Origin: a bacterium
GTDB taxonomy: Bacteria; Patescibacteriota; Patescibacteriia; 2-12-FULL-60-25
Length of the DNA stretch: 64,000 nt
NCBI GenBank assembly: GCA_021796435.1
Contig: JAJYXM010000016.1
Location: 182,625 to 246,624, forward strand
Direction: 5' to 3'
Shown one piece after another: positions 1 through 9,995 of the stretch. A program made the translations under genes and the position numbers. The notes under the pieces are model-generated. The model made no database searches. It was given only the letters and a program-made list of their open reading frames with translations, and was not told the DNA's origin. The first letter of the stretch is position 1, and each line of letters opens with the position of its first letter.

Positions 1-2193
1 TCGCGCGAGCGCGCCGGATTCGACGTCCGCGACGTGCATCGTACGCACTACGGACGCATCTGTCCGATCGCGTCATCCGAAGGTCCGAACATCGGCTTGG
101 TCGGTCACTTGGCGTGTTACGGTCGCATCAACGATTACGGATTCATCGAGACGCCTTACCGCAAAGTGAAGAATTGGGCCAAGAACGACGGCAAAGACGC
201 CGTCGGTGAGACCTTGCGCGTGGATGTACGCGAGGGGACTGGCGACATCATAGCGAAAGGCGGGGATCAGGTGGATGAGAAATTGGCCAAGAAGCTGACT
301 AAATTGCCGATCGACAAACTGCCGATCATACCGCGCGTCACCGGCGAGATAGTCTACCTGAACGCATTCGCCGAGGAACGCGGAACATCCGCCCCAGCCA
401 CTACGCCGATCGGTCGCGACGGACGTTTCACTGAAGAACGTATCTCCGCCCGTAAGAACGGCGAACCTATGATCGTGGATGCGCACGAGATCGACTACGT
501 CGACGTGTCGTCCAAACAGATCTTGTCCATCGCGACTTCGCTCATCCCGTTCGTCGAGCATGACGACGGTCAGCGCGCCCTGATGGGAACGAACATGCAA
601 CGCCAGGCTGTGCCCTGCATCAAACCGGATGCGCCGATCGTGGGCACTGGCGTGGAGCGTCGTGCGGCCATCGATTCGGGCCATGTCATAATGGCGCCGG
701 ATGACGGTGAAATCACCTCGGTTTCCGCCAATTACATCGAACTGAAGGCGGAGGACGGTGAAGTCCATCGCTATGAACTGACCAAATTCCAGCGCTCGAA
801 CGCCTCTACCTGCATCAACCAGCGTCCGCGTGTCGAGAAGGGGCAGAAGGTCTATGCCGGTGAAGTTCTGGCCGACGGCCCTTCGTGCGATCGTGGAGAG
901 ATGGCTTTGGGCCAGAATCTCCTGTGCACGTTCTTGTCATGGGACGGCTACAACTATGAGGATGCCATCATCTTGTCGGAACGCTTGGTGCACCATGACC
1001 GCTTCACATCAATACATATAGAGCATCACGCCATCGACGTGCGCGACACCAAACTGGGTGCAGAGGTCGTGACCTCGGATATCCCGAACGTCTCGGAAGA
1101 GAAACTGAAGAATCTGGACGAGAACGGCGTGGTACGCGTCGGCGCTGAAGTCAAATCCGGCGACATCCTGGTGGGCAAGATCACGCCGAAGGGCGAGACC
1201 GACCTTTCAGCGGAAGAGAAATTGTTGCGTGCCATCTTCGGCGAGAAAGCCCGCGATGTGCGCGATACTTCGTTGTATCTGGAGCACGGCGAACATGGCA
1301 AAGTCGTGGGCGTTACCGTGTTCTCACGCGAGGACGGCGACAAGCTGCAGCCGGGCGTGATCAAGCAGATCGTCATATCGGTGGCTGATTTGCGTAAAGT
1401 CCAGGTCGGCGACAAGCTGGCTGGCCGTCACGGAAACAAGGGTGTCATATCCAAGGTGGTCCCGATCGCCGACATGCCGTTCTTGGCTGACGGCACTCCG
1501 GTGGACGTCATCCTGTCTCCTTTGGGCGTCGTTTCCCGTATGAACTTGGGGCAGATCCTCGAGACGCACTTGGGTTTGGCCGCCAATGCCTTGGGCTATC
1601 GCGCCGCTACGCCGGTGTTCGATGGAGTGCCGGAAGAACTGTTGCGCGAAGAGCTGAAGAAAGCCGGATTCCCGGAAGACGGAAAGATACCGCTCTATGA
1701 CGGACGTACCGGTGAGCGCTACGAGAACGATCCGACCGTGGGTTACATCTACATGCTGAAACTGAACCACATGGTCGAGGACAAGATCCACCAGCGTTCC
1801 ATCGGACCTTACTCGCTCATCACCCAGCAGCCGTTGGGCGGCAAAGCGCAGTCCGGAGGACAGCGTTTCGGAGAAATGGAAGTGTGGGCCCTCGAGGCCT
1901 ATGGCGCAGCGCATACCCTGCAGGAGGTGCTGACCATCAAATCCGACGACGTGCCGGGACGCTCCAAGGCCTACGAAGCGATCATCAAAGGCGAGCCGAT
2001 CCGCAAAGTCAACGTACCGGAATCGTTCAACGTGCTGGTGCGCGAACTTAAGGGTCTGTGTCTCGATGTCGAACTCATGAAGGGCGGACAGCGGCTCGAG
2101 GAGAATACGCCTCGCGCATCAGAATTCCGGCCGGCACCTGAACCTAGCCAATCAGCCGCTGAAGCGGATTGGGGTTCATTCGCCAAAGAATAA
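1..2193 (+). CDS. rpoB: DNA-directed RNA polymerase beta subunit, C-terminal part; gene begins upstream of the window
   Basis: Frame 1 from nt 1 translates to ...[27 protein letters not shown]..., a conserved RpoB region. The reading frame stays open to TAA at 2193. rpoC follows 13 nt downstream. Confidence 0.95.
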   Translation, partial: SRERAGFDVRDVHRTHYGRICPIASSEGPNIGLVGHLACYGRINDYGFIETPYRKVKNWAKNDGKDAVGETLRVDVREGTGDIIAKGGDQVDEKLAKKLTKLPIDKLPIIPRVTGEIVYLNAFAEERGTSAPATTPIGRDGRFTEERISARKNGEPMIVDAHEIDYVDVSSKQILSIATSLIPFVEHDDGQRALMGTNMQRQAVPCIKPDAPIVGTGVERRAAIDSGHVIMAPDDGEITSVSANYIELKAEDGEVHRYELTKFQRSNASTCINQRPRVEKGQKVYAGEVLADGPSCDRGEMALGQNLLCTFLSWDGYNYEDAIILSERLVHHDRFTSIHIEHHAIDVRDTKLGAEVVTSDIPNVSEEKLKNLDENGVVRVGAEVKSGDILVGKITPKGETDLSAEEKLLRAIFGEKARDVRDTSLYLEHGEHGKVVGVTVFSREDGDKLQPGVIKQIVISVADLRKVQVGDKLAGRHGNKGVISKVVPIADMPFLADGTPVDVILSPLGVVSRMNLGQILETHLGLAANALGYRAATPVFDGVPEELLREELKKAGFPEDGKIPLYDGRTGERYENDPTVGYIYMLKLNHMVEDKIHQRSIGPYSLITQQPLGGKAQSGGQRFGEMEVWALEAYGAAHTLQEVLTIKSDDVPGRSKAYEAIIKGEPIRKVNVPESFNVLVRELKGLCLDVELMKGGQRLEENTPRASEFRPAPEPSQSAAEADWGSFAKE

Positions 2194-2205
2194 CGACCAA
2201 CACAT

Positions 2206-5200
2206 ATGTCTTTCTTCCAATCAGAAAACATCAAAACCACGGACTTCGATGCGATCCGCCTGAAGCTGGCATCACCGGAGACCATCCGCAGTTGGTCATA
2301 CGGCGAAGTATCGAAACCAGAGACGATCAACTACCGCACCCAGAAACCAGAGAAGTCCGGTCTGTTCGCCGAAGAGATCTTCGGACCATCGAAGGACTGG
2401 GAGTGTTATTGCGGAAAATACAAGAAGATCCGATATAAAGGGATAATCTGCGACAAGTGCGGCGTGGAAGTCACGCACTCACTGGTACGCCGTGAGCGCA
2501 TGGGCCACATCGAACTGGCTGCTCCGGTTTCGCATATCTGGTTCTTGCGCAGCGTGCCGTCGAAGATCGGCACTGTGCTCGACATGTCGGTGCAGGCGCT
2601 CGAGAAGATCATCTACTTCGCCGCGTTCATCGTGACCGACGTAAACGAAGAACTGAAGACGCAGACGATCGAACAGATCCGTACCGAGTACAAAGGCAAG
2701 CGCAAATCCATCGAGTCGGAGTACGAACGCGAGGTCAAACGCATCAACGAGAACGCGGATGCCAAGAAGCTCGAACCGGCAAAAGTGACGGAGGAGCTGG
2801 ACAAGGCGCACGGCAACAAGGAACGCAAACTCAAGGAGTTGGACGGCGACTTTTCCGGCGTGGAAAAAGAGCTGAAGGACCTGAAGCCGCTCAAAGTCCT
2901 GAGCGAGAACGAATACCATGAGATGTCGCTCAAATTCGGCCACGTGTTCGAGGCCAAGATTGGAGCCGAAGCCGTCAATGAACTGTTGATGAAGATCGAC
3001 GTCGCTGCGACGATAGAGGCTTTGCAACAGGATATCGAAGGCGCTTCAGAGGTCAAACGCGATCGCATCATGCGTCGCCTCAAACTCCTGAAGTCATTCC
3101 AGCTGCAGAAGATCGAACCGCATTGGGCGATCCTGAAGGTCGTGCCGATCACGCCGCCGGACATGCGTCCGATGGTGGCGCTCGACGGCGGACGTTTCGC
3201 GACTTCCGACCTGAACGACCTGTATCGCCGCGTGATCAACCGCAACAACCGTCTCAAGCGCCTGTTGGAGCTGAATGCGCCGGAAGTCATCACGCGCAAC
3301 GAAAAGCGCATGCTGCAGGAAGCGGTCGATTCGTTGATCGACAACAGCGCACGCCATTCCAAGACGGTCTTGGCCGCGACAGGCAAGAAGCGTCAGCTCA
3401 AATCGTTGGCTGACGGCCTGAAAGGCAAACAAGGGCGTTTCCGCCAGAACTTGCTGGGTAAGCGCGTGGACTATTCCGGCCGTTCGGTCATCGTCATCGG
3501 TCCTAACCTCCGTTTGGACCAGTGCGGTCTGCCGAAGATAATGGCGTTGGAGCTCTTCAAGCCGTTCATCATCGCCGAGCTCATCAAACGCGAGATCGTG
3601 CACAACATACGTTCGGCGAACCGCTTCATCGAGGCCGATAATCCGGAAGTGTGGGACATCCTGGAGAACATCGCCACCAATTCCGTCGTGCTGCTTAACC
3701 GCGCTCCGACGTTGCATCGCTTGGGTATCCAGGGTTTCTACCCGAAACTCATCGAAGGCAAGGCTATCCAGATCCATCCGATGGTGTGTCCGGCATTCAA
3801 CGCTGACTTCGACGGAGACCAGATGGCCGTGCATCTTCCGCTGACCGAGGAGGCCAGGGAAGAGGCGCGCAACCTGATGCTTTCGACACGTAACCTGCTC
3901 AAGCCGGCTACCGGACAACCTGTGATGAAACCGGATAAAGACATCGCTTGGGGCATCTTCTACATGACGACCTTGGTCGAGCCTAAGGAAGACAAAGTAC
4001 GCGCTTTTGCCTCACCGGAAGAAGCCATCTACGTGTATAAGTTGGGCAAACTGAACATCCGCGAGAAGATCAAGACGCGCCTGGAGAACGGCGGCCCGAT
4101 CTTCGAGACGAACGTGGGACGCATCATCGTGAACAAGCTGTTCCCGGCCGAGATAGGTTTCCGTAACGAAGCGATGGGCGTCAAACAACTGGCCGAGATC
4201 ACGCGCGTCATCATGGAACGCCAAGGCTTCGAACCGGCAGCGATCTTCCTGGATAAGGTGAAGGACATGGGTTTCTACTATGTCAGCAAATCCGGCTTCT
4301 CCTATGGCATCGGCGAACTGCCTGAAGTCAAAGGCAAGCAGGCGTTGATCGACGAGGGAGACGAGAAGGTCGCGCAGATCGAAGACCAGTATAAGGAAGG
4401 TCTGTTGACCAAGAAGGAGCGCTACTCGCTGATCGTGAAGGTCTGGACCGACGTCCGCGACCGCATCCAGAAGATGTGCAGCGAATCATTGGTCGCACAG
4501 AGCTCGGTCGCTGCTATGATCCAATCCGGAGCCCGCGGTTCCGTCGGACAGCTGTCCCAGGTCATCGGCATGAAAGGCCCAGTGGCCAATCCACGCGGCG
4601 AAATCATCGAGCTGCCGATCAAGTCATCTTTCCGTGAAGGTTTGGGCGTGCTGGAATACTTCATCTCTTCCCACGGTACACGAAAAGGTCTGACTGATAC
4701 GGCCCTGAAGACGGCGAACGCCGGATACCTCACGCGCCGTCTGGTGGACGTGGCGCAGGACGTAGTCATCACGGACGAAGATTGCGGCGATACGGACGGC
4801 GTGGTCATCACGCATCAGGAATGCGAGCAGATCGGTGAGCCGTTGCTGACGCGCTTGTTGGGCCGCATCGTGATGAAGGACATCAAGGATCCGGAAACCA
4901 AGAAGGTCGTGATAAAGAAGGGCACGGTTGTCACGGAAGACGATATCAAGAAGATCAAAGCTTTCAAGGAACCGTTGCAGGAAGCGCATGTGCGCTCGGT
5001 GTTGACCTGTAAGATGCGTCGCGGACTGTGTCAGCATTGCTATGGTTTCGACTTGGCATACAGCCGCATGGTCCAGCAGGGCACGGCGGTCGGCATCATC
5101 GCCGCACAATCCATCGGCGAACCTGGAACCCAGCTGACGATGCGTACCTTCCACATGGGCGGCGTCGCCGGTGCTGACATCACGCAAGGTCTGCCACGCG

Positions 5201-6165
5201 TCGAAGAACTGTTCGAAGCGCGTCCGCCGAAATATCGTGCGGTCATCGCGGAAGTCGCGGGTAAGGCCAAAGTGACGCAAGGCGAACGTCGCATCATCGA
5301 GACGCCCAGCGGCGAGAAGGTGGTGGATGTGGCTGCAGGCGGCAAAGTCATCAGCATCCAACATACGGCGGTGGAGGAAGAAGTGCACGTCTTGGGCGCC
5401 AACGACAAAGCGAAAGCCAAGGACGGAGCTAAGATAAAGGAAGGCGAAGTCATCGCCACGACTGGCAAGAGCAGCAAAGAAGTATTGGCGGAGCATGCCG
5501 GGACAGCCAAGGTCACGGAAGATCGTGTAGTCATCATCTACGAAAGCCCGGCGGTCATCGAATACCAGGTGCCCATGGGTTATCAGGTGTTGGTCAAAGA
5601 CGGTCAGGAAGTGACGGCCGGCGATCAGCTGACGGAAGGGCATATGGACCTGCTCCAGCTTTTCCGCCTCAAGGGACGCGACGCGGTCATGCTTTACATG
5701 CTGCGTGAAGTGCTCGCGATCTACGCCTCACAGGGCCAGAAGATCAACGCCAAGCATATCGAGGTCATGATCCGTCAGATGTTCTCGCGTGTGTATGTAC
5801 GCGACTCCGGCGACACTGACCTTTTGCCGGGCGAAGTCGTGGAGCGAACGCGCGCCGAAGCGGAGAACAAGCTGGCTGCCGAGAACGGCACCAAGGCAGC
5901 CGAACTCGAGGACCTGTTCCTCGGTGTGACTAAGGTCTCGCTTTCCACGGAGTCATTCCTTTCAGCGGCTTCTTTCCAGGAGACGGCACGCGTCTTGATC
6001 AACGCGGCCGTGACCGGAAAGATCGACCACTTGGAAGGCTTGAAGGAGAACGTCATCATCGGACGCCTGATCCCGGCAGGTACCGGTTTCCAGGCATATG
6101 GCGAAGACGGTGAACTTCTCGAAGAGGGAGAGCCGGAGGCCGAGCCAGAAGAAGCTGCAGCATAA
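2206..6165 (+). CDS. rpoC: DNA-directed RNA polymerase beta' subunit
   Basis: The 1319-aa ORF has the N-terminal zinc-binding CxxC...CxxC motif, the NADFDGD catalytic motif and typical beta' length. It lies immediately downstream of rpoB. Confidence 0.95.
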   Translation: MSFFQSENIKTTDFDAIRLKLASPETIRSWSYGEVSKPETINYRTQKPEKSGLFAEEIFGPSKDWECYCGKYKKIRYKGIICDKCGVEVTHSLVRRERMGHIELAAPVSHIWFLRSVPSKIGTVLDMSVQALEKIIYFAAFIVTDVNEELKTQTIEQIRTEYKGKRKSIESEYEREVKRINENADAKKLEPAKVTEELDKAHGNKERKLKELDGDFSGVEKELKDLKPLKVLSENEYHEMSLKFGHVFEAKIGAEAVNELLMKIDVAATIEALQQDIEGASEVKRDRIMRRLKLLKSFQLQKIEPHWAILKVVPITPPDMRPMVALDGGRFATSDLNDLYRRVINRNNRLKRLLELNAPEVITRNEKRMLQEAVDSLIDNSARHSKTVLAATGKKRQLKSLADGLKGKQGRFRQNLLGKRVDYSGRSVIVIGPNLRLDQCGLPKIMALELFKPFIIAELIKREIVHNIRSANRFIEADNPEVWDILENIATNSVVLLNRAPTLHRLGIQGFYPKLIEGKAIQIHPMVCPAFNADFDGDQMAVHLPLTEEAREEARNLMLSTRNLLKPATGQPVMKPDKDIAWGIFYMTTLVEPKEDKVRAFASPEEAIYVYKLGKLNIREKIKTRLENGGPIFETNVGRIIVNKLFPAEIGFRNEAMGVKQLAEITRVIMERQGFEPAAIFLDKVKDMGFYYVSKSGFSYGIGELPEVKGKQALIDEGDEKVAQIEDQYKEGLLTKKERYSLIVKVWTDVRDRIQKMCSESLVAQSSVAAMIQSGARGSVGQLSQVIGMKGPVANPRGEIIELPIKSSFREGLGVLEYFISSHGTRKGLTDTALKTANAGYLTRRLVDVAQDVVITDEDCGDTDGVVITHQECEQIGEPLLTRLLGRIVMKDIKDPETKKVVIKKGTVVTEDDIKKIKAFKEPLQEAHVRSVLTCKMRRGLCQHCYGFDLAYSRMVQQGTAVGIIAAQSIGEPGTQLTMRTFHMGGVAGADITQGLPRVEELFEARPPKYRAVIAEVAGKAKVTQGERRIIETPSGEKVVDVAAGGKVISIQHTAVEEEVHVLGANDKAKAKDGAKIKEGEVIATTGKSSKEVLAEHAGTAKVTEDRVVIIYESPAVIEYQVPMGYQVLVKDGQEVTAGDQLTEGHMDLLQLFRLKGRDAVMLYMLREVLAIYASQGQKINAKHIEVMIRQMFSRVYVRDSGDTDLLPGEVVERTRAEAENKLAAENGTKAAELEDLFLGVTKVSLSTESFLSAASFQETARVLINAAVTGKIDHLEGLKENVIIGRLIPAGTGFQAYGEDGELLEEGEPEAEPEEAAA

Positions 6166-6186
6166 AAAATAAGTCTGCAGAAAAGC

Positions 6187-6218
6187 AAAAAGAGGCGATG
6201 AGCCTCTTTTTGCTTTTC
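6187..6218 (+). terminator. intrinsic terminator after rpoC
   Basis: Hairpin aagaggc-gatga-gcctctt followed by a T-rich run (tttgctttt), 22 nt after the rpoC stop. Confidence 0.6.
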
Positions 6219-6252
6219 CCCTCCCAGGAGCCCGGGGGTGAATAAATGCCAA

Positions 6253-6287
6253 AGCCCCGACCTAGAAACGGCGCGGGGCTTTTATTC
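6253..6287. terminator. bidirectional hairpin terminator (second rpoC terminator and EEP-gene terminator)
   Basis: Hairpin gccccg...cggggc followed by ttttatt on the plus strand and a T-rich run on the minus strand. It overlaps the stop codon of the convergent minus-strand gene. Confidence 0.5.
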
Positions 6288-7148
6288 CTCAAGTTCGGTG
6301 AGGAGGCCGTAGTGGTCGGAGGGGGTGACTGGCTGGCCTGCAGTGGTGGGCACAACATGTTCATGTCCGACGATGTTGGAGGAACGGATACGGATCGATT
6401 CCAATGACCGTTCATCCAGCAGGATGTGATCGATACGCTGCGGTGGGCACATGCGATGCGGGCTGTTTACGTTGAGCGGGTTCCGCGGATCCCACGTCAC
6501 TGCTGGTTCACAGGACGCATGTTCTGTAGCAACATATACGTCGACAAAGCCAGCATGAAGCAGCGAGGCGTAGTTGGAAGGTGAAACTTGGGGTCCGGTG
6601 TTGAAATCGCCCAGCAGAACCACATTGTTGCCGTTTTCGTGTTTGACGTTAGCCACAAGCTGGTCCACTTGCCTCTGCCGCAGTCGATCAATGCCGGGTC
6701 TTTCCGGATGACGGAAGAGTCCGCCGGCCATCGTGTAAACGTTGAAGATCGTGAAGCGTCCAAGCGGCGTTTCGATGACGCAGCGCGTGTAGCCCTTGCG
6801 GGTGAAGAATCGGTCGTCCAGTAAAGAATCATCGAAAGCGATGAACGATCGATAGTCGATCGGATATTTGGACAACAGCATTAGGCCGTCGTTCAAGCCT
6901 AAGGGCGATTGAGCATCGAAGAGCATGACGTGCGGATAGATCGCTGCGAGCGCAGCGGCAAGGTTGGTCCGGTGCACCGCTTCGTAGATCTCCTGGAGCG
7001 CTATGACGTCGGCGTCGAGTGCTGCCAAGAATTCGGGAAGATAATCAGCGCGTTCGCTTACGTAGGGCATGGGCTCAATGCTTTTGCCCCACAACACGAA
7101 ACGCGCCAAGCCAGTGTTATAGGTCAGTAGCTTGAGCTTTGGACTCAA
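6282..7148 (-). CDS. endonuclease/exonuclease/phosphatase (EEP) family protein
   Basis: 288 aa carrying EEP-fold motifs: LQEIYE..., ...LLGDFNTGP..., ...SDHYGLLTELE at the C-terminus. Uses a TTG start preceded by AAGGAG at 7 nt. Confidence 0.8.
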   Translation of the reverse strand: MSPKLKLLTYNTGLARFVLWGKSIEPMPYVSERADYLPEFLAALDADVIALQEIYEAVHRTNLAAALAAIYPHVMLFDAQSPLGLNDGLMLLSKYPIDYRSFIAFDDSLLDDRFFTRKGYTRCVIETPLGRFTIFNVYTMAGGLFRHPERPGIDRLRQRQVDQLVANVKHENGNNVVLLGDFNTGPQVSPSNYASLLHAGFVDVYVATEHASCEPAVTWDPRNPLNVNSPHRMCPPQRIDHILLDERSLESIRIRSSNIVGHEHVVPTTAGQPVTPSDHYGLLTELEE

Positions 7149-7261
7149 TTGCCTACTCCTTGTGAAAGATTGGGGTTAAGTAGCGGAGTGCACGAATTGC
7201 AACTTCGCAACAAGAAATTATTCCTTATTTCGACCGATTTGTCAAGGCAACGGGTGTCACA

Positions 7262-7317
7262 AGATTGAGAAAAATTAAAAGCAGCTCCCCTTAAGTCGCT
7301 GGTACGACGGGGAGCTG
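7262..7317 (-). terminator. intrinsic terminator on the minus strand
   Basis: The minus strand reads cagctcccc-(18-nt loop with inner gtcg/cgac stem)-ggggagctg, followed by CUUUUAAUUUUUCUC. This would end a minus-strand transcript coming from the GC-rich region upstream. Confidence 0.55.
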
Positions 7318-7320
7318 ACC

Positions 7321-7676
7321 TCACCACCCTAGAAGTGAGGCCCTGCAAACGCAGGATTTGATGCGAGGTTCGCCGGAACCTCGGCCCTATACCATCGACA
7401 CCGGTTGCTGACTGCGTTGGAGGACGGAGGCATGCGAGAAGGTGTCACCAGGGATGGGGGATTTGAAGGACTGGTGGGTGTGAGTGTGACCTGTCGTCAC
7501 AGGCGGCTCGTCCGGCGAAACGGGCTCTTGCGTGTTGCCGTCCTACCTTGCCATTGAGCGTCCTCAACGGTTCGGCCTCGGCGATGCCTCGGGGTATCAG
7601 CCCGAGGGTCCAGGGTAGGTCCTGGACTGGGGGCAGCACATGATCTGGCAGAAGCGCCCGACCAAGTACGGGTAGG
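7321..7676 (-). ncRNA. unassigned GC-rich (about 63% GC) structured untranslated region; candidate ncRNA or long 3' UTR
   Basis: 356 nt with no credible ORF. It lies between a small Cys-rich gene and a strong minus-strand terminator and is locally GC-enriched relative to its flanks, with many short self-complementary segments. I could not match RNase P, tmRNA or SRP RNA motifs by eye. Confidence 0.25.
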
Positions 7677-8000
7677 CTAGCCGGTTTCGCTGGCGGCGTC
7701 AAGGGGTTGGAGCAGAGGAGTCATAGGCTCGGCGCCGAAGACCCCGTAGAATTCGAGAAGATCCCGGGCAGTGCAACCGCATTCGTCATGCGGCTTACGG
7801 CAGACGGGGCAGTCGCAGACGCAAGTTTTCTGCCCACAACGGCGGCAGCCGTCGGGTTTGGCGATCGCCTGCAGCTGCAGCGGGCTCAAACAGACCTTGC
7901 CTTGTCTTGCGAGGTTGCGCTGTAGCGTCAGCAGCTCGAGACAGGGCCAGCAGAATGTTCCGGGATGGTTGAAAGGGGTGTGACAGAAGGCGCAACTCAT
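7677..8000 (-). CDS. small cysteine-rich protein (14 Cys in 107 aa), hypothetical, putative metal-binding
   Basis: ORF with ATG start preceded by GAGGAG. CxxC-type spacings are present (CAFC, CWPC, CRRC, CVCDC, CPVC, CGC). No recognisable family. Confidence 0.45.
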   Translation of the reverse strand: MSCAFCHTPFNHPGTFCWPCLELLTLQRNLARQGKVCLSPLQLQAIAKPDGCRRCGQKTCVCDCPVCRKPHDECGCTARDLLEFYGVFGAEPMTPLLQPLDAASETG

Positions 8001-8109
8001 CGAATGTAACTCTCCTCGTACGGAAAAAAGGGCCGTATGAAGATATCCGAGACCTGAGGTTTTGTCAATATTTCACGGTTCGGCTAATGTAGGGTCAAAT
8101 CAAACGGTT

Positions 8110-8835
8110 ATGTCACGACACTCCAAATGGTCTAAGGTCAAGCAATTCAAAGGTGCGGTGGACGCCAAGCGCTCCGCTTCATTCACCAAACTGGCGCGGG
8201 AAATAACGGTCGCAGCGCGTGAAAAGGGCGGGGATCCGGCAATGAACGTGCGTCTGCGTGTCGCTATGGATAGGGCGCGCAAGGCTTCGATGCCGAAAGA
8301 CGCCATCGAACGTGCCGTGGTGAGAGGCACGGGCAAAGGCGGCGATGCAGCAACGATCGAAAATTTGACTTATGAGGCCTATGCACCTGGTGGGACAGCT
8401 CTGATTATCGAATGCCTGACGGATAACCGTAACCGATCGGCTAATGACGTGAAACATCTCTTATCCAAGGGCGAAGCCACTTTGGCGGCGCAAGGCTCGG
8501 TCACATACCTCTTCGACAAAAAAGGCGTAGTGCGCGTGCCGGGAGGTTTGCCTGCGGATAGGCATGAAGAGGTGGAATTGGCTTTGATCGATGCAGGAGC
8601 GGAAGACATATCGGATTACGATGAAGGTACGGAGATAAGGTGTGCACCGGTCGATTTGGCGAAAGTCGCGGATGCGGTGCAGGCAGCGGGGCTGACGGCT
8701 GATTCGGTCGAATTCGAATGGTTGCCCAAGAACCTTGTCGAGACGGATGAAGAGACGGGGGTCAAGGTATCGGATCTGATAGACAGCCTGGATGAATTGG
8801 ATGACGTAAGTCGCGTATATTCGAATCTGGCGTGA
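8110..8835 (+). CDS. yebC: YebC/PmpR family DNA-binding transcriptional regulator
   Basis: The N-terminus MSRHSKWSKVKQFKGAVDAKR... is the YebC signature and the length is about 242 aa. The ATG at 8110 is in frame within the longer TTG-started ORF. Confidence 0.9.
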   Translation: MSRHSKWSKVKQFKGAVDAKRSASFTKLAREITVAAREKGGDPAMNVRLRVAMDRARKASMPKDAIERAVVRGTGKGGDAATIENLTYEAYAPGGTALIIECLTDNRNRSANDVKHLLSKGEATLAAQGSVTYLFDKKGVVRVPGGLPADRHEEVELALIDAGAEDISDYDEGTEIRCAPVDLAKVADAVQAAGLTADSVEFEWLPKNLVETDEETGVKVSDLIDSLDELDDVSRVYSNLA

Positions 8836-8845
8836 AGATAGAAGT

Positions 8846-8863
8846 TAGAGGGTAGAGGGTAGC
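8846..8863 (+). repeat. 5' arm of an 18-bp long-range stem flanking the four-helix-bundle gene
   Basis: TAGAGGGTAGAGGGTAGC is complementary (16 Watson-Crick plus 2 G-U pairs) to GCTATCTTCTACCCTCTA at 9234-9251. Confidence 0.7.
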
Positions 8864-8882
8864 TTGGTTATGAAATTTAAAT

Positions 8883-9233
8883 ATGACAGCTGTAGGACAT
8901 AAAGGGCTGATAGTCTGGCAAAAGGCAATGGATTTGGTTGTGCTAGTTTATAGGTTAACACAAGCTTTTCCCTCATCAGAGCTGTATGGTCTGACTTCGC
9001 AGATGCGAAGGTCAGCCGTATCCATACCTAGTAATATAGCCGAAGGTCGCAAACGTGGTTCAGAAGTCGAGTTTCGTCGTTTTTTATTCATTGCCTTTGG
9101 GTCCGGTGCGGAGTTAGAGACACAGTTGGAGATTGGACAGCGCTTGGGTTTTTGTGACGCCACACTGTTTTCTCTAGCGACTGATTTGTTGAATGAGGTA
9201 ATGCGAATGTTGAACAAAATGACTTCGGAATAG
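8883..9233 (+). CDS. four-helix-bundle protein (the family encoded inside 23S rRNA intervening sequences)
   Basis: 116 aa with ...WQKAMDLVVLVYRLTQAFP..ELYGLTSQMRRSAVSIPSNIAEG..R...EFRRFL.IA.GS..ELETQL..., characteristic of the IVS-associated four-helix-bundle family. Confidence 0.85.
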   Translation: MTAVGHKGLIVWQKAMDLVVLVYRLTQAFPSSELYGLTSQMRRSAVSIPSNIAEGRKRGSEVEFRRFLFIAFGSGAELETQLEIGQRLGFCDATLFSLATDLLNEVMRMLNKMTSE

Positions 9234-9251
9234 GCTATCTTCTACCCTCTA
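9234..9251 (+). repeat. 3' arm of the 18-bp long-range stem flanking the four-helix-bundle gene
   Basis: GCTATCTTCTACCCTCTA starts immediately after the stop codon and pairs with 8846-8863. Confidence 0.7.
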
Positions 9252-9268
9252 TTTTCTACCATCTTTTT

Positions 9269-9775
9269 ATGCCCTCACTCCGCATCCTAGGCATCGATCC
9301 CGGTTTTGACCGGATGGGTTTCGGGGTAGTCGATCATGTAGGATCCAAGATGCTATGCATGGGGCATGGTTGCATCCAGACCAGCCCAAACGATGAGTTC
9401 GCTTTGCGGCTGCAGCAGTTGCGTGATGGTTTGCGCCAGATAATCTCTGAACATAAGCCGTCATGCGTGGCGATCGAGCAGCTTTTTTTCCAGACTAACG
9501 CCAAGACGGCCATCAAGGTGGGCATGGCGCGCGGGGTCATCGTCTTGGCTGCGGCGGATGCCGGTTTGCCGATCGTGGATGTGACTCCGGCTCAGGTGAA
9601 GTTAGGTTTGACCGGCTGGGGCGGTTCCGACAAGAAGCAGATCCAACAGATGGTGCAGCGGGTATTATCATTGCAGGAAATCCCGAAGCCGGACGATGCG
9701 GCTGACGCCTTGGCGATGGCGATTGTCGGTGGGTCGCTTTTCAAGCATACTAAGGCTTGTGCTTCAGGACAGTAA
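9269..9775 (+). CDS. ruvC: crossover junction endodeoxyribonuclease RuvC
   Basis: N-terminus ...ILGIDPGFDRMGFGVVD... matches RuvC. Length is 168 aa. Confidence 0.9.
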   Translation: MPSLRILGIDPGFDRMGFGVVDHVGSKMLCMGHGCIQTSPNDEFALRLQQLRDGLRQIISEHKPSCVAIEQLFFQTNAKTAIKVGMARGVIVLAAADAGLPIVDVTPAQVKLGLTGWGGSDKKQIQQMVQRVLSLQEIPKPDDAADALAMAIVGGSLFKHTKACASGQ

Positions 9776-9788
9776 CTAAACATACACG

Positions 9789-9995
9789 ATGAAAAAATTA
9801 TTGATTTTATTCTCGGCGTTGGCCTTATTGGCGGCGGGTTGCGCTGGAGGACAGGATGACAATGGGATAGTCGTGAACGGCCAAGGCGGCAGGGTCATAG
9901 TCGAGGGCATCGGCGGCACGGCAGGCCTGAGCGCGCCACAACAGACGTCTACGGTGGGTCAAACGGGGCAGCCGGACCAACAATTGAGCCAGTGA
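9789..9995 (+). CDS. small Gly-rich lipoprotein
   Basis: Signal peptide with lipobox (LLAAGC), 68 aa. The stop overlaps the next gene's start (ATGA). Confidence 0.5.
   Translation: MKKLLILFSALALLAAGCAGGQDDNGIVVNGQGGRVIVEGIGGTAGLSAPQQTSTVGQTGQPDQQLSQ

Noticed and set aside
2613-5643. Several 170-340-aa ORFs on the minus strand (for example 2613-3386, 3094-3918, 4624-5643)
   Set aside because: Antisense to rpoC, low-complexity Arg/Leu/Ser-rich translations. Shadow ORFs.
7321-7676. Attempt to assign the GC-rich region to RNase P RNA, tmRNA or SRP RNA
   Set aside because: I could not find the conserved P4 (AGGAAAGUCCGG / ACAGAA.CCGGCUUA), the tmRNA tRNA-like end, or the SRP domain IV (GGAAGCAGCC) on either strand by eye. 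Identity is left open.
7445-7702. 85-aa minus-strand ORF in the GC-rich untranslated region
   Set aside because: Pro/Arg/Leu-rich low-complexity translation typical of a GC-rich non-coding region. No start context.
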